A stretch of 64,000 nt of DNA from contig CAWEXO010000011.1 of assembly GCA_963813025.1 (NCBI GenBank), positions 128,001 to 192,000 on the forward strand, read 5' to 3'. The stretch is from an uncultured Verrucomicrobiae bacterium. GTDB lineage: Bacteria; Verrucomicrobiota; Verrucomicrobiia; Chthoniobacterales; JAFAMB01. Shown piece by piece: positions 52,158-61,761 of the stretch; the first letter of the stretch is position 1; every line of letters begins with the position of its first letter. The translations under genes and the position numbers were made by a program. The notes beneath the pieces are model-generated. The model saw only the letters and a list, made by a program, of their open reading frames with translations, had not been told where the DNA came from and ran no database searches.

Positions 52158-52595
52158 ATGACTACCGCAAAGAATCTGACCAAAGAACCGCCGCGCAGCC
52201 CTCGTTATCACCTCGGCAATTATGCGCTCATGGCCCGCATGATAGACAAAGGCCGTGCCGATCTTCAAGGTACTGTCGGCGAATATCACTTCGCCTGTCC
52301 GCTCGACCAAATGATCTTTAACTTTAAGGGCGTACAGGCCGACGAAGTTAAGAAGCTGCTTGCTTCCGGCACAAGTGACGAGCAAGTCGTATCTTGGTTC
52401 GACACTCATGGCGAAAAGAAGACGGCCGAGGAAATCAAGGCATGGTCCAGCCAAGTCGAAGGCTACCGTCCTTATGACGATCCGGAAAAGAGAGACTGGT
52501 TTTCCGAAGAATGCGCGAAAGTGGGGCTCAAACCGGAGAATTCAACTCTGGTTGAGTACCTGGAAGCCGACGATGCCGCTAGTTTCAAAAGCTAA
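52158..52595 (+). CDS. DUF5069 domain protein
   Basis: KNLTKEPPRSP..LG..MARMIDKGRA..GEYHFACPLD, LEADD; GGA-containing RBS upstream. Confidence 0.85.
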   Translation: MTTAKNLTKEPPRSPRYHLGNYALMARMIDKGRADLQGTVGEYHFACPLDQMIFNFKGVQADEVKKLLASGTSDEQVVSWFDTHGEKKTAEEIKAWSSQVEGYRPYDDPEKRDWFSEECAKVGLKPENSTLVEYLEADDAASFKS

Positions 52596-52607
52596 AGATA
52601 ACAGGGC

Positions 52608-52640
52608 AGAAGGGCGGCGGACTTGCTCCGCCGTCCTTCT
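52608..52640 (+). terminator. GC-rich hairpin after the DUF5069 gene
   Basis: AGAAGGGCGGCGGA-CTTGC-TCCGCCGTCCTTCT; weak U tract. Confidence 0.55.
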
Positions 52641-53057
52641 TCGTCGTTCAGTTCGTCGCCGTAAACATCGGCGATGAAATAGCTCTCTGGCTTGCTCAAA
52701 ACCTCCTCGGTGAATTCTTTGGTAACGACTGAACCCGTCGCGTTCGGCTTTGTCGCATAGGCGGTGTCTTAAAAAAGGCAACTGACCTGCGGCGATGCCA
52801 TCATTATAGGCGAGACGGTGCAATAGTTGGCGCGGACGAAATTAGTGCTGGTTTGATGGACCGCGCTTACCTCAGTTTGGCGAGCGCGAACGAGTACATC
52901 ACTATGCTTTTTTCAAGCGCCACATCGTCAGCTCCTGCGGTTCCCCCCGCCGCCATCGCGTTTCGGCCCTGGCCGGCCGCAAAGACCCCCTACCACTAAA
53001 ACGGTCCGGACGACGCAATAAGGATAATAGCCCGCCCCACTTTATGAAGATCAATCG

Positions 53058-53378
53058 CTACAGACCGGTTTGAGACTTCAGACTATGTGCCGCTTCTTCG
53101 AGCGCATTCGGCATGAGCTGAATATTGTTGAGTACGTAGAGCATGAAATGATCAATCGGCATCGAGCGCCGAGATGCCCTCCCTGTCTCTGTCTCTTTCG
53201 CTTTCTTCTCACAACCTGCGCAGTGAAAAAGAGGCGCAGCAATAGCCCCGGGGTTCAGTTCTTCAGTATCGAACAGGGCAACTCCGTCGGCGTAATTCTC
53301 AATGACCCCTCCACAGGAATCACACTGTATTTTTGGGTGCGCCTGGCCTTCGTTATCTACCTGGAGTACAAGTGCCAT
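53058..53378 (-). CDS. Hypothetical protein with two CxxC motifs
   Basis: CDSC and CAGC; 106 aa, coding-like. Confidence 0.6.
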   Translation of the reverse strand: MALVLQVDNEGQAHPKIQCDSCGGVIENYADGVALFDTEELNPGAIAAPLFHCAGCEKKAKETETGRASRRSMPIDHFMLYVLNNIQLMPNALEEAAHSLKSQTGL

Positions 53379-53759
53379 AAGACAAGGCTATCGGTAGATC
53401 GCTCCGTCTGCAACTGGGACGCAAAGAGCTCCCGCTTGACCTCCTTGATGTTGGATCAGATCTGGATCCGGACGAGCTGGCCACCTCCGCAAGGCTACCG
53501 CGCGCCCTCCGGTCAGGCGTTGGTGCCATTCCATATCCGGGCCGCGACGAAGGCTTGTGCGTAGTCGGGAGCTCATCCAGGAGCTCATCCCTACCGCCAA
53601 TCGCTTGGCGGCGCGCTACAAATTACCCAAAATCCGACACGCACTTCCGGCCGGTCAGTGGAGTCTGCGCGGATGCTTTGGTTGCGGCTCTGCTGCGCTG
53701 TGAAGACGTTGAAATCGAGACCGTTGATGTGGTGAGCTCTCCACAGGCGCGTGGCGGGA

Positions 53760-54368
53760 TCAAAGCCAGGCTCGGGCTTGCACGATGTCGTCTTGCACTA
53801 GTCCGTGCGAGGCACCGAGCATCTTGACCGTCACGTTGGCGCCGTGGTGTATTAGTTGTTGGGCGAGGCGCTGGGAGTCGCCGGGCGAAATGAGCGGATC
53901 GCGGTCACCCGTAAGCAGAAGAACCCGCCGGCCCGTGAGATCGGTCGCCGGAATATCGTCAGTAATGAACATCGGACGAAACAAGATTGCCGCGCCAATC
54001 ACCTCGGGACGAAGCAAAAGAAGGCCCTGCGCGATGTTCGCGCCGTTCGAGTAGCCCACTGCGGTAAGTGTCTCCGGGAGAATTCCGTGTTCGACACAAG
54101 TGGCCGTGACGAAATCCGCCAGCTCTTCGGAACGCTCTCGCCAATCGTCAACATCGAGAACACCCTCTGCAAAACGTCGGAAAAATCTCGGCGCTCCACT
54201 CTCGATGATCTGACCGCGGGGACTTATCACCGTCGCACCGGGCGCGATTTCACCCGCCAAAGGTACCATATCCTGTTCATCTCCGCCCGTACCATGCAAC
54301 AATAGAAGGCTGGAGCGGTTTGAGGTGGAACCCGGTCGATAGATATAGCGAAAGGGCGGCGTGCTCAT
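53760..54368 (-). CDS. Alpha/beta hydrolase (MhqD/YodD-like carboxylesterase)
   Basis: LLLHGTGGDE, SPRG, RFFRRFAEGV, GYSNGANIA, GDRDP, H. Confidence 0.9.
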   Translation of the reverse strand: MSTPPFRYIYRPGSTSNRSSLLLLHGTGGDEQDMVPLAGEIAPGATVISPRGQIIESGAPRFFRRFAEGVLDVDDWRERSEELADFVTATCVEHGILPETLTAVGYSNGANIAQGLLLLRPEVIGAAILFRPMFITDDIPATDLTGRRVLLLTGDRDPLISPGDSQRLAQQLIHHGANVTVKMLGASHGLVQDDIVQARAWL

Positions 54369-54552
54369 GATTTGGCCTTTGCTTTGAGCTATAGCGGTCA
54401 GGTGATGGATATCACTCAGGCCCATAAGATTAGAAGACGAAACATTCGCAGCCACCGCTTTGTTTGAGCGTTTCCTCTGCTTTTTTCCGCTGATCGATCT
54501 CAACCTGCAGGGCCTGATTGATCTGTTCCAAGTCGGCGAGCCTTGACTATTC

Positions 54553-54591
54553 GTAACGAATCAGTTACGGTATTCGTAACCAAATGGTTAC
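54553..54591. promoter_or_regulatory. Tandem palindromic operators GTAAC-N6-GTTAC for the ArsR gene
   Basis: 54553-54568 and 54576-54591, just downstream of TTGACT (54543); the second overlaps the ATG. Confidence 0.75.
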
Positions 54592-54934
54592 AGCAAGGCA
54601 CCAGCAAAGCAACGCGGTTTTCCGCGCCATTGCCGATCCGACTCGCCGAGAGATCCTCAGGCTCTTGCGCGACGGTCGCCTCACCGTCGGAGAGGTCGCG
54701 GCAAACTTTCGCACCAGTCGTCCGGCAATCTCGAAGCATCTTCGTCTGCTGCGCGCCGCGGGTTTAGTGGTCTGTCACAAAGACGGCACGACCCGTATCT
54801 GTGATTTGAATGCCAAACCGTTGCGCGCCGTTAACGCGTGGCTCCGGGATTACGAAGCGTTCTGGGGAGAGAGCCTGCGTAACCTAAAGAGCTACATCGA
54901 GAAAACCGAACATCAAAGAGAGAAGAAGTTATGA
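54584..54934 (+). CDS. ArsR/SmtB family transcriptional regulator
   Basis: VFRAIADPTRREIL, SRPAISKHLRLL..AGLV, FW..L..LKSY. Confidence 0.93.
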   Translation: MVTARHQQSNAVFRAIADPTRREILRLLRDGRLTVGEVAANFRTSRPAISKHLRLLRAAGLVVCHKDGTTRICDLNAKPLRAVNAWLRDYEAFWGESLRNLKSYIEKTEHQREKKL

Positions 54935-55398
54935 ATCCGACGAATACGAGCGATATCATCGTCCAGGAAATCACAATCAGGGGGTCAGCGGAATACATCT
55001 TCGAGGCACTGACAGATCCCGGCCAGCTGGTCAGTTGGTGGGGGGCCAAAGGACAGTTCCAGACTACTCATGTAGTGTCTGACCTGCGCGTTGGCGGCAA
55101 GCGGATCATGTGTGGAATCGGCTTGAGCGGAGAGCCCTTCACCGTCGAGGGAGAATATCGCGAAATCGATCGACCCAAACTGCTCGTGTTTAGCTGGCTT
55201 CCCAGTTGGCAGGCGGATGCGACCGAGACAATGGTCTGCTTTGATCTGGAGGAGAAAGATGGCGTCACGACGGTCCGTTTGACACACTCCGGCCTTGCGA
55301 GTGAGAGTTCCCGCGCAAGTCATAAAGGATGGCCTCAGATCCTCTCCCTGCTGCAAGCTTACGTCGAGCAGGCGCCGATCCCAAAGCAGCAGAAGTAA
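54931..55398 (+). CDS. SRPBCC/AHSA1 domain protein
   Basis: IFEALTDP..WWG, DLRVGG, GEYREIDRP..LVFSW, LTHSG, GW. Confidence 0.92.
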   Translation: MNPTNTSDIIVQEITIRGSAEYIFEALTDPGQLVSWWGAKGQFQTTHVVSDLRVGGKRIMCGIGLSGEPFTVEGEYREIDRPKLLVFSWLPSWQADATETMVCFDLEEKDGVTTVRLTHSGLASESSRASHKGWPQILSLLQAYVEQAPIPKQQK

Positions 55399-55700
55399 AT
55401 TGATAACTATCGAGTTGCGCACAGAGGTCACGGAGCATGCCTTGCCGTTGATCAAGCGTTTTGTGGCAGTCGTAAGCTGAGCTTTGCTAAAATCTGGAAG
55501 CTAGATTCAAACAAACCGTGAACGAGCCTGGTTTACCCAGGATCAACGAACAAAGCTTATCATCATCTAACCAACAAAGAAGGTGTAATATTTTCAATCA
55601 TTCCGTGTACACCGTGGCCTCCGTGCGAGGTCCTCTTTTCCTTTAGCGATGCACTCAATGATACGATCGAGCTCGTCGAGAGTCATTTAAAGCTGACGTA

Positions 55701-56777
55701 TCAATTGTATCCGCGGTGACCGTGCCGGTGATGTAGGTCGGGCAGGTGAGCATGGCGATGAACCATTGGTTTGTGCCGGTGCCAATGTGTATGCGGTTCT
55801 CCGGGCGGATCGGTCGGCCGATGCTCGTGCTGATGATGTTCGTCGTGACGATGCGGATGCTCGTGTTCCAAGGCCTCATGGAAATGCTCGTGCTCGTGGT
55901 GCTCGGTCAAATGCAGCCAAACGCCGAGCAGCATGAGTAAAAGCGCGGGCCAGAAAAGAAGCTGGGGTACTTCACGCAGCAGCAGCAGCGAAAGGAGGAC
56001 GCCGATAAATGGCGCGGTCGAAAAGTAGGCGCCGGTCCGTGCCGTACCCAGGTCGCGCAAGGCTAAGACAAAGCAAGTAAGGCTCACCCCGTAACTGAGG
56101 AAGCCGAGTAGCCCCGCACTTGCCAAGGAGATCATCGGCGGCGCTTTCCCGCTCATCAGGAGACCGATCGCGAGATTGACTGTTCCAGCACTGAGTCCTT
56201 TGAACATGGCAATCTGCGATGGATCGAACCCGGAGACTTTACGCGTCAGATTGTTATCGATTGCCCAGCAGAAACATGCGCCGGCGATCATTAAGGCCCC
56301 CCAGGAGAAACCAAGCGCGTCACTCGGTTTCCAGGATAAGAGAAACCCTCCCGCGACAATGGCGATCATTCCAAAAAGGATACGCTTGTCAAAATTTTCG
56401 CGGAACGCAAACCAGGCGAGTAGCGTGGTGAGCACCCCTTCCAAATTCAACAATAGAGAAGTGCTGGATGCGGGGGTTGTTGATAAGCCGGCGAGCAGCA
56501 AGACCGGACCGATAATTCCGCCGCAGATGATAGCTCCAGTCAGCCACCCCCACGCTGAGCGGTCGAGCGCTGCTTCTGCTGCGGGCGCCTTCTCGCGAGA
56601 TGGCTGAATCCATCGCCACAAGGCCAGTCCCAGCCCGGAGCCGAAGTAAAGCGCGCCCGCCAATTCGATCGGTGACAAGCCATGTAGAAGAATCTTTGCC
56701 AACGGCGCGCTCGCCCCAAAAAGGAGCGCTGCGAAGAACGCGTTCCTTACCCCGGCAGAGAAGGATATGGGCTTCAC
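55701..56777 (-). CDS. DMT/EamA transporter with His-rich C-terminal tail
   Basis: LFGASAPLAK, SLLLNLEG, WAIDNNLTR, LGTARTGAYFSTAPF, tail HEHEH..HLPDLHHRHGH. Confidence 0.92.
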   Translation of the reverse strand: MKPISFSAGVRNAFFAALLFGASAPLAKILLHGLSPIELAGALYFGSGLGLALWRWIQPSREKAPAAEAALDRSAWGWLTGAIICGGIIGPVLLLAGLSTTPASSTSLLLNLEGVLTTLLAWFAFRENFDKRILFGMIAIVAGGFLLSWKPSDALGFSWGALMIAGACFCWAIDNNLTRKVSGFDPSQIAMFKGLSAGTVNLAIGLLMSGKAPPMISLASAGLLGFLSYGVSLTCFVLALRDLGTARTGAYFSTAPFIGVLLSLLLLREVPQLLFWPALLLMLLGVWLHLTEHHEHEHFHEALEHEHPHRHDEHHQHEHRPTDPPGEPHTHWHRHKPMVHRHAHLPDLHHRHGHRGYN

Positions 56778-56886
56778 GGATATGTGCTTTTTATGATCCG
56801 TTGCTTACATCTTTCGGACAACGTCCCAATGCCGTCCCGGGTTTTGATTTGACCGGCGATTTGGCTGGTGTCAAAAAAGATGCTGG

Positions 56887-57657
56887 ATGATCAAATTCTT
56901 GGTAAGCAGTGACTTGCCCGAGGTTGTTACCGCCTCTCGGCCGCCTTGGCCGTTCAATACCCAGTACGCTCACGCTTTCCTGCTCGGAGTGTTTCTCACA
57001 ATCGCCCCAACCGCAAGCGTCGCGCAACTTGGTCGAGCTAAGCTAACTCATCAAACTCAAGCCGGTCACGCGTTACAAAAGCCAGCCGTTATCTATGTCA
57101 CGGACTTCGCCTTGGACCCTGGTCAACTTCAGTCTTCGAATCCTGTTCAGGAAAAAATCCAACAGGGCGGTGCCTTGAGACAGCGTTTGAACCAGTTTCG
57201 TGGCCAGGACAGCAGCCCGGAGGGACGTGCACAATCGCTGGTGAATCTCATGGCGGATTCGATTGTCCGGGATTTACAGGAGAAGCAGCTCAGCGCGCAA
57301 CGCTATTCGGTGGGGCGCACACCGAGAACCGGGTGGATCGTCAAAGGCAGGTACAAAACGCTTGAGCAAGGCAATCGCGTGGCAAGTTCTGAAATTGGCT
57401 TCGGCGCGGGTTCCCCGGTAGTGGAAGTTGAGGTTACTCTGGATGAAATCCGAAACGGAAAACAACGGCCCATTCTCCTGTTTGGAACCAATAAGGAAGA
57501 CTCCAGGGCTCCCGGTGGAGCAGCCTTGGCTGCGGCGACACACAATCCCTACGCAATGGCCATCAAGTTTGTTCGTTCACGAAATGACCTCGAAAAAAGC
57601 GTTAAGCAGACGGCGAAGTTGATCGCCGATCAGATCGCCAGAAAGGCTGGTGTTTAG
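56887..57657 (+). CDS. DUF4410-like exported protein
   Basis: VIYVTDF, GWIVKG..EQGNR..IGFGAG..V, APGG, TAKLIA; true start probably further downstream. Confidence 0.7.
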   Translation: MIKFLVSSDLPEVVTASRPPWPFNTQYAHAFLLGVFLTIAPTASVAQLGRAKLTHQTQAGHALQKPAVIYVTDFALDPGQLQSSNPVQEKIQQGGALRQRLNQFRGQDSSPEGRAQSLVNLMADSIVRDLQEKQLSAQRYSVGRTPRTGWIVKGRYKTLEQGNRVASSEIGFGAGSPVVEVEVTLDEIRNGKQRPILLFGTNKEDSRAPGGAALAAATHNPYAMAIKFVRSRNDLEKSVKQTAKLIADQIARKAGV

Positions 57658-59515
57658 GGAGCCCGGACATTTCGTAGCCGATTACTGCCACGGACTCTGG
57701 AGCGCGGTCTTGGCAGTTCCCCTCCTCTTCGGCGGTTGCGTCGCTCAGCGGCAAGGCCAAGCTGCACCGCAGAACCAAGCCGAACGCCTTCTCACGCGGA
57801 CAGAACGCAGCGAGCTCCCTCCGGAGCAACGAACCGCTCAATACTTGGCCGTTTGTGAAACCGCCGAGAATCAACCGAAGCAGCGTCCCGGATCGCCGAT
57901 TTCTCCAAGCGCCGAGCCGGTCCTCATGTACGACCGTGCGTCCGCTGACTTGGCAAGCAGTTTGCCTGCCCTGCTCCGCAAACATCCGGGTTCCCGTAGT
58001 TTCGCGGTTCGTAACTCGCAGACAGGAGAAGCCTTCCTATTGCGACTTGAGTTCAGTCGTTCGGAAGAATATCGGCCTGATTTTTTTCAGCAAATTCTGA
58101 CGGCTCAGCGCGTTAAAAAGAAAGGACTTAACGTCAATGTTTCTCACGCTGGGTTTCGTGGCCCTGTTGTGGGTGTACATCACACTTTTCCCGTTGGGAC
58201 GCCGCCGCCGCGTTTCGAGCCTTTGCAAGGTTTTCGAATACCGATGACTGCGATTGTTGAGTTCGACAAGGCCAGTAAACCGACCACTGCTCGCGTTCGG
58301 CTCCTCGATCCCGACAAAGTTGAGTCTACGACTTTGGCGGGAAAACCGCGAGGGTTGGCCGCTGATTATTCCGCTACCTACGGCTCTTACCGATCGATTA
58401 ACGAAACCTGGATCGGCTTTTTGAACATGGCGCGCGGTCAGCACATGCGCGGCTCTTCCGGATTGTTGTTTGCTGACCCTTATAATTCCAAAAAAATTCC
58501 AGTGCTTTTGGTCCACGGTCTGCTCGCAACGAGTTACACCTGGAGAAACGTTGTAAACTCGCTGACCGCGGATCCTAGGATCCGCCGGCACTACCAATTC
58601 TGGGTTTTCTCGTATTCGACGGGCAATCCAATTGCCTACTCTGCTTACCTCCTCCGAACTGACCTGGCCGGCGCTCAGCAAGCGTTCAGATTCAAGCAAC
58701 TGATATTGATTGGTCACAGCATGGGCGGGATCCTGGCGCGTTTGCAGGTAACTAATTCCGGACGGAAAACCTGGGATGAGGCTTTTGGCGAACAAGCCAA
58801 CCAGCTCTACGCGGAGTTACCCGAAACGTCGCTGATCAAGCGGGCGTTGCTCTTTCGAGCTAACCCGGCAATCAAACGCGTCATCTTTCTGTCCACACCA
58901 CACCGCGGCGCTAGCCTGGCCTCTGGCGGGATCGGAGCTCTTGGCATCCGGCTGATTCGGTTACCATCCCGGATTGTCACCGCTATTCCTCAATCGTTAT
59001 TGGCAGCACTTACGCCCGATCGCAAAGCAAGAAAATACCGGTTACCGACCAGTATCAGCGGTCTGTCACCCAAGAGCCCATTGCTCATTGCGATGAACAG
59101 GCTTCCGATTGAAGCACCGCACAACTCGATCATTGGTGACCGTGGCCGGGGCGACACGCCAAACAGCTCCGATGGAGTGGTTCCTTACTGGAGTTCGCAC
59201 CTTGAGTCCGCGCAATCCGAGATCATCGTGCCGACCGATCACGGTTCGATGAAAAGCCCTCTGGCCGTCGCAGAAATCAGGCGAATTTTGCTGGAGGAGA
59301 TCGGGCAAAATCAAATGATTCATGTGCCAGTTGAACCACGCTATGGACGGACCGAAGAGCGAAACAAGCGAGCCGAGTTGAGGATGAAAGCCAGCTCCGA
59401 ACCCACATGGATCAGCGCCGCGATAATCGGCGCAAGCAGACCAAAGAATGCCAATCCTATTCCTACAGCGTCGACGACAATCGTACCCCAGAAGTTGAAC
59501 ATTATTACCCGATAG
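57650..59515 (+). CDS. Lipoprotein esterase/lipase, alpha/beta fold (3' end runs antisense into the ATPase)
   Basis: FGGC lipobox, KIPVLLVHGL, YQFW.F.Y.TG, GHSMGG, TPHRG, SDGVVPYWSSHL, H. Confidence 0.85.
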   Translation: MFREPGHFVADYCHGLWSAVLAVPLLFGGCVAQRQGQAAPQNQAERLLTRTERSELPPEQRTAQYLAVCETAENQPKQRPGSPISPSAEPVLMYDRASADLASSLPALLRKHPGSRSFAVRNSQTGEAFLLRLEFSRSEEYRPDFFQQILTAQRVKKKGLNVNVSHAGFRGPVVGVHHTFPVGTPPPRFEPLQGFRIPMTAIVEFDKASKPTTARVRLLDPDKVESTTLAGKPRGLAADYSATYGSYRSINETWIGFLNMARGQHMRGSSGLLFADPYNSKKIPVLLVHGLLATSYTWRNVVNSLTADPRIRRHYQFWVFSYSTGNPIAYSAYLLRTDLAGAQQAFRFKQLILIGHSMGGILARLQVTNSGRKTWDEAFGEQANQLYAELPETSLIKRALLFRANPAIKRVIFLSTPHRGASLASGGIGALGIRLIRLPSRIVTAIPQSLLAALTPDRKARKYRLPTSISGLSPKSPLLIAMNRLPIEAPHNSIIGDRGRGDTPNSSDGVVPYWSSHLESAQSEIIVPTDHGSMKSPLAVAEIRRILLEEIGQNQMIHVPVEPRYGRTEERNKRAELRMKASSEPTWISAAIIGASRPKNANPIPTASTTIVPQKLNIITR

Positions 59516-61308
59516 CATCTTTTAGCGATCGCTAGTACCTCCGTAAGACGTGAGAGATCGCTCGTCATCAAGGTTATATCCGCGGTCTCGAGCGCAACAT
59601 CGCTGCCGCCGCCCATTGCTATTCCAACGGTCGCTTCGGCCAGTGCCGGAGCGTCATTAACTCCGTCTCCGATCATCGCGACTTTGCGGCCTTGTCGAAG
59701 GAGTTCCCGGACTTTCTCGAGCTTCTGCTCAGGTAACAGATTGCCGATGGCCTCGTGAACTCCGAGCTGACTTCCGATTGCCGCCGCAGCCTCGCTGCTG
59801 TCACCGCTCAGGAGCACAGTGCGATAGCCCTTTCGCTTCAGTGCATCGATGGCTTGAACGGCTTCCTCGCGAAGCTGGTCAGCAACGGTCAACGCTCCCA
59901 AAAGCGTCGCGTTTCGGCCTACATAGATGAGCGTTTCTCCGGGCTTCGTTTCCGGCTGGAACGATCCCGCGGCGTTTGTCGCAATACGAATTCCGTTGTC
60001 CCTCAGGAGCGCCTGTGTTCCCACGATGATCTTGCTGCCCTGATCGAGACAAGTCAGGCCTTTGCCCGGGATGTACCGAAGATCAGTGTATTCGCGCAGA
60101 GAGAGCTGCGCGGCTCTGGCCTTGCGGATGACGGCTTCGCCCAGAGGATGTTCTGAGTGCTGTTCGGCGATGGCCGCATTTTGCAGTACGTCTTTGTCCG
60201 TCGCACCGTTGGTGACCCGAATTCCGGTAACCTCCGGGACGCCCATCGTTAGTGTACCGGTTTTGTCTAAAACGATGATATCAATGCCCGCGAGCTTTTC
60301 CAGATAGAGCCCGCCTTTGACGATAATTCCACGTCGGGCGGCACTTCCGATACCCGCTAAAATGGCTAACGGCGTACCAGCTGCAACGCCGCATGCCCCG
60401 GCCACTATGATCACGGCAATGGTGGAAGTGAGATTGCGCGTCACGACAAAAGTGAGGACGGCGGCCGTCAGCGCGAAGTAGACCAGACCGGCGGCGAGAC
60501 GATCGGCAATTCGCTGCGCCGGGGCTTTCGATTTTTCGGCTTGCTCGACAATCTCAACAATTTTTCCAAAGGTCGTGTCGCGTCCGATCCGCTCAGCGCT
60601 AACTTCCAACACTCCGTTCTTGTTGATGGTTCCGGCGAAGACCTTGCTGTGTTCAGTCTTTTCAATTGGAAGCGACTCGCCAGTGATCGAAGATTGATCA
60701 ACGTAACTGCTGCCTTTGGTCACTGTTCCGTCGACCGGGATTCTTTCTCCTGGACGAATCACGATTACTTCTCCGGCGGAAAGTTCTTCGGCCGGCAGCT
60801 CGCTTTCCTGACCATTCCGACGAACGGTCACGTGGCGCGGCAGTGCATTGATGAGCTTTTCGATGGCTCGGCGTCCGCCACTGACCGTATAGCCCTCAAG
60901 CAACTCCGCGAACAGAACAAAGAATGCGATAACAATTGCGGTAAAAAATTGTCCGATCGCAAGCGCCGCGAGAAGCGCGATCGTCATTGACAGTTCCATT
61001 GTCATCCGGCGCTTGCGGAGATTTTCCCAAGCCTCTCGATAGATGGGCAATCCGCCAATCACCGTTCCCGCGAATGCGAGCCAGTCCCGATGCATGAATG
61101 GGAGCCACCACCCTGTCACACTGGCCACGACGATGAGACCCATCAGAGCCAGTCGAATGTATCCCGCGGGGCCGTTCTGGTGATCATGGTCGTCATGATC
61201 GTGATCATCGCCATGGCGATGATGATGACCAGCGTCAGGTTGCTCATGGCCGTGCTCGGTGTCCGCAAGGTGGCCGGCGGGATCCATGGTTTTGCTCGTA
61301 GTCTTCAT
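59341..61308 (-). CDS. Heavy-metal P1B-type ATPase with His-rich N-terminus and atypical TM motif
   Basis: TGES, DKTGT, SEHPLG, SGD, GDGVNDAPAL; AGACG in place of CPC; HVGSE in the last TM. Confidence 0.93.
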   Translation of the reverse strand: MKTTSKTMDPAGHLADTEHGHEQPDAGHHHRHGDDHDHDDHDHQNGPAGYIRLALMGLIVVASVTGWWLPFMHRDWLAFAGTVIGGLPIYREAWENLRKRRMTMELSMTIALLAALAIGQFFTAIVIAFFVLFAELLEGYTVSGGRRAIEKLINALPRHVTVRRNGQESELPAEELSAGEVIVIRPGERIPVDGTVTKGSSYVDQSSITGESLPIEKTEHSKVFAGTINKNGVLEVSAERIGRDTTFGKIVEIVEQAEKSKAPAQRIADRLAAGLVYFALTAAVLTFVVTRNLTSTIAVIIVAGACGVAAGTPLAILAGIGSAARRGIIVKGGLYLEKLAGIDIIVLDKTGTLTMGVPEVTGIRVTNGATDKDVLQNAAIAEQHSEHPLGEAVIRKARAAQLSLREYTDLRYIPGKGLTCLDQGSKIIVGTQALLRDNGIRIATNAAGSFQPETKPGETLIYVGRNATLLGALTVADQLREEAVQAIDALKRKGYRTVLLSGDSSEAAAAIGSQLGVHEAIGNLLPEQKLEKVRELLRQGRKVAMIGDGVNDAPALAEATVGIAMGGGSDVALETADITLMTSDLSRLTEVLAIAKRCYRVIMFNFWGTIVVDAVGIGLAFFGLLAPIIAALIHVGSELAFILNSARLFRSSVRP

Positions 61309-61322
61309 CGCGAGGTAATGGG

Positions 61323-61601
61323 TTACTTCAGATATCGTTTAATGACTTCGATCAGCTCCTCGCCGGCAGCCGCTCTACTGGCGTTCTTCTGAGAATCGGT
61401 TTGCAAGAGGTGCAGCCGGACATGGCCCTCGAGGATTTCCGCCATCAGCGCGTTCAGAGCGCCGCGGCAGGCGGCCAAAGTAAGAAGTATATCGCCGCAC
61501 TCCCGTTCTTCATTGAGGGCCTTTTCCAAACCGTTGAGCTGGCCGCGAATGCGGCTGATTCTGGCCAGGAGTTTCTTTTTGTTTTGAATCGTGTGTGCCA
61601 T
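61323..61601 (-). CDS. RcnR/CsoR-family metal-sensing repressor (RcnR fingerprint)
   Basis: H3, C35, H60, H64 at E. coli RcnR positions; RISRIRGQ. Confidence 0.92.
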   Translation of the reverse strand: MAHTIQNKKKLLARISRIRGQLNGLEKALNEERECGDILLTLAACRGALNALMAEILEGHVRLHLLQTDSQKNASRAAAGEELIEVIKRYLK

Positions 61602-61633
61602 GACTTGCGCGTTTCACGTTTCGGCGAAGTAAC

Positions 61634-61650
61634 ATACCACGGTATGGTAT
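61634..61650. promoter_or_regulatory. CsoR/RcnR-type operator ATACC-N7-GGTAT
   Basis: ATACCACGGTATGGTAT, 33 nt upstream of the repressor ATG, between divergent metal genes. Confidence 0.7.
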
Positions 61651-61761
61651 TTTTTCAAGTTCGCTTCTCCTGCGCGCCCGTTCGAGCTCGAAGCGTTGTA
61701 CGGCGGCGGTGCCAAGATGATTCTTGCGGAAGAGGCTTATCGCTTTATCATATCCGGTTTA

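Noticed and set aside
52650..53600. Possible gene fragments around the CxxC hypothetical gene
   Set aside because: Some frames look protein-like, but I could not assign any family.
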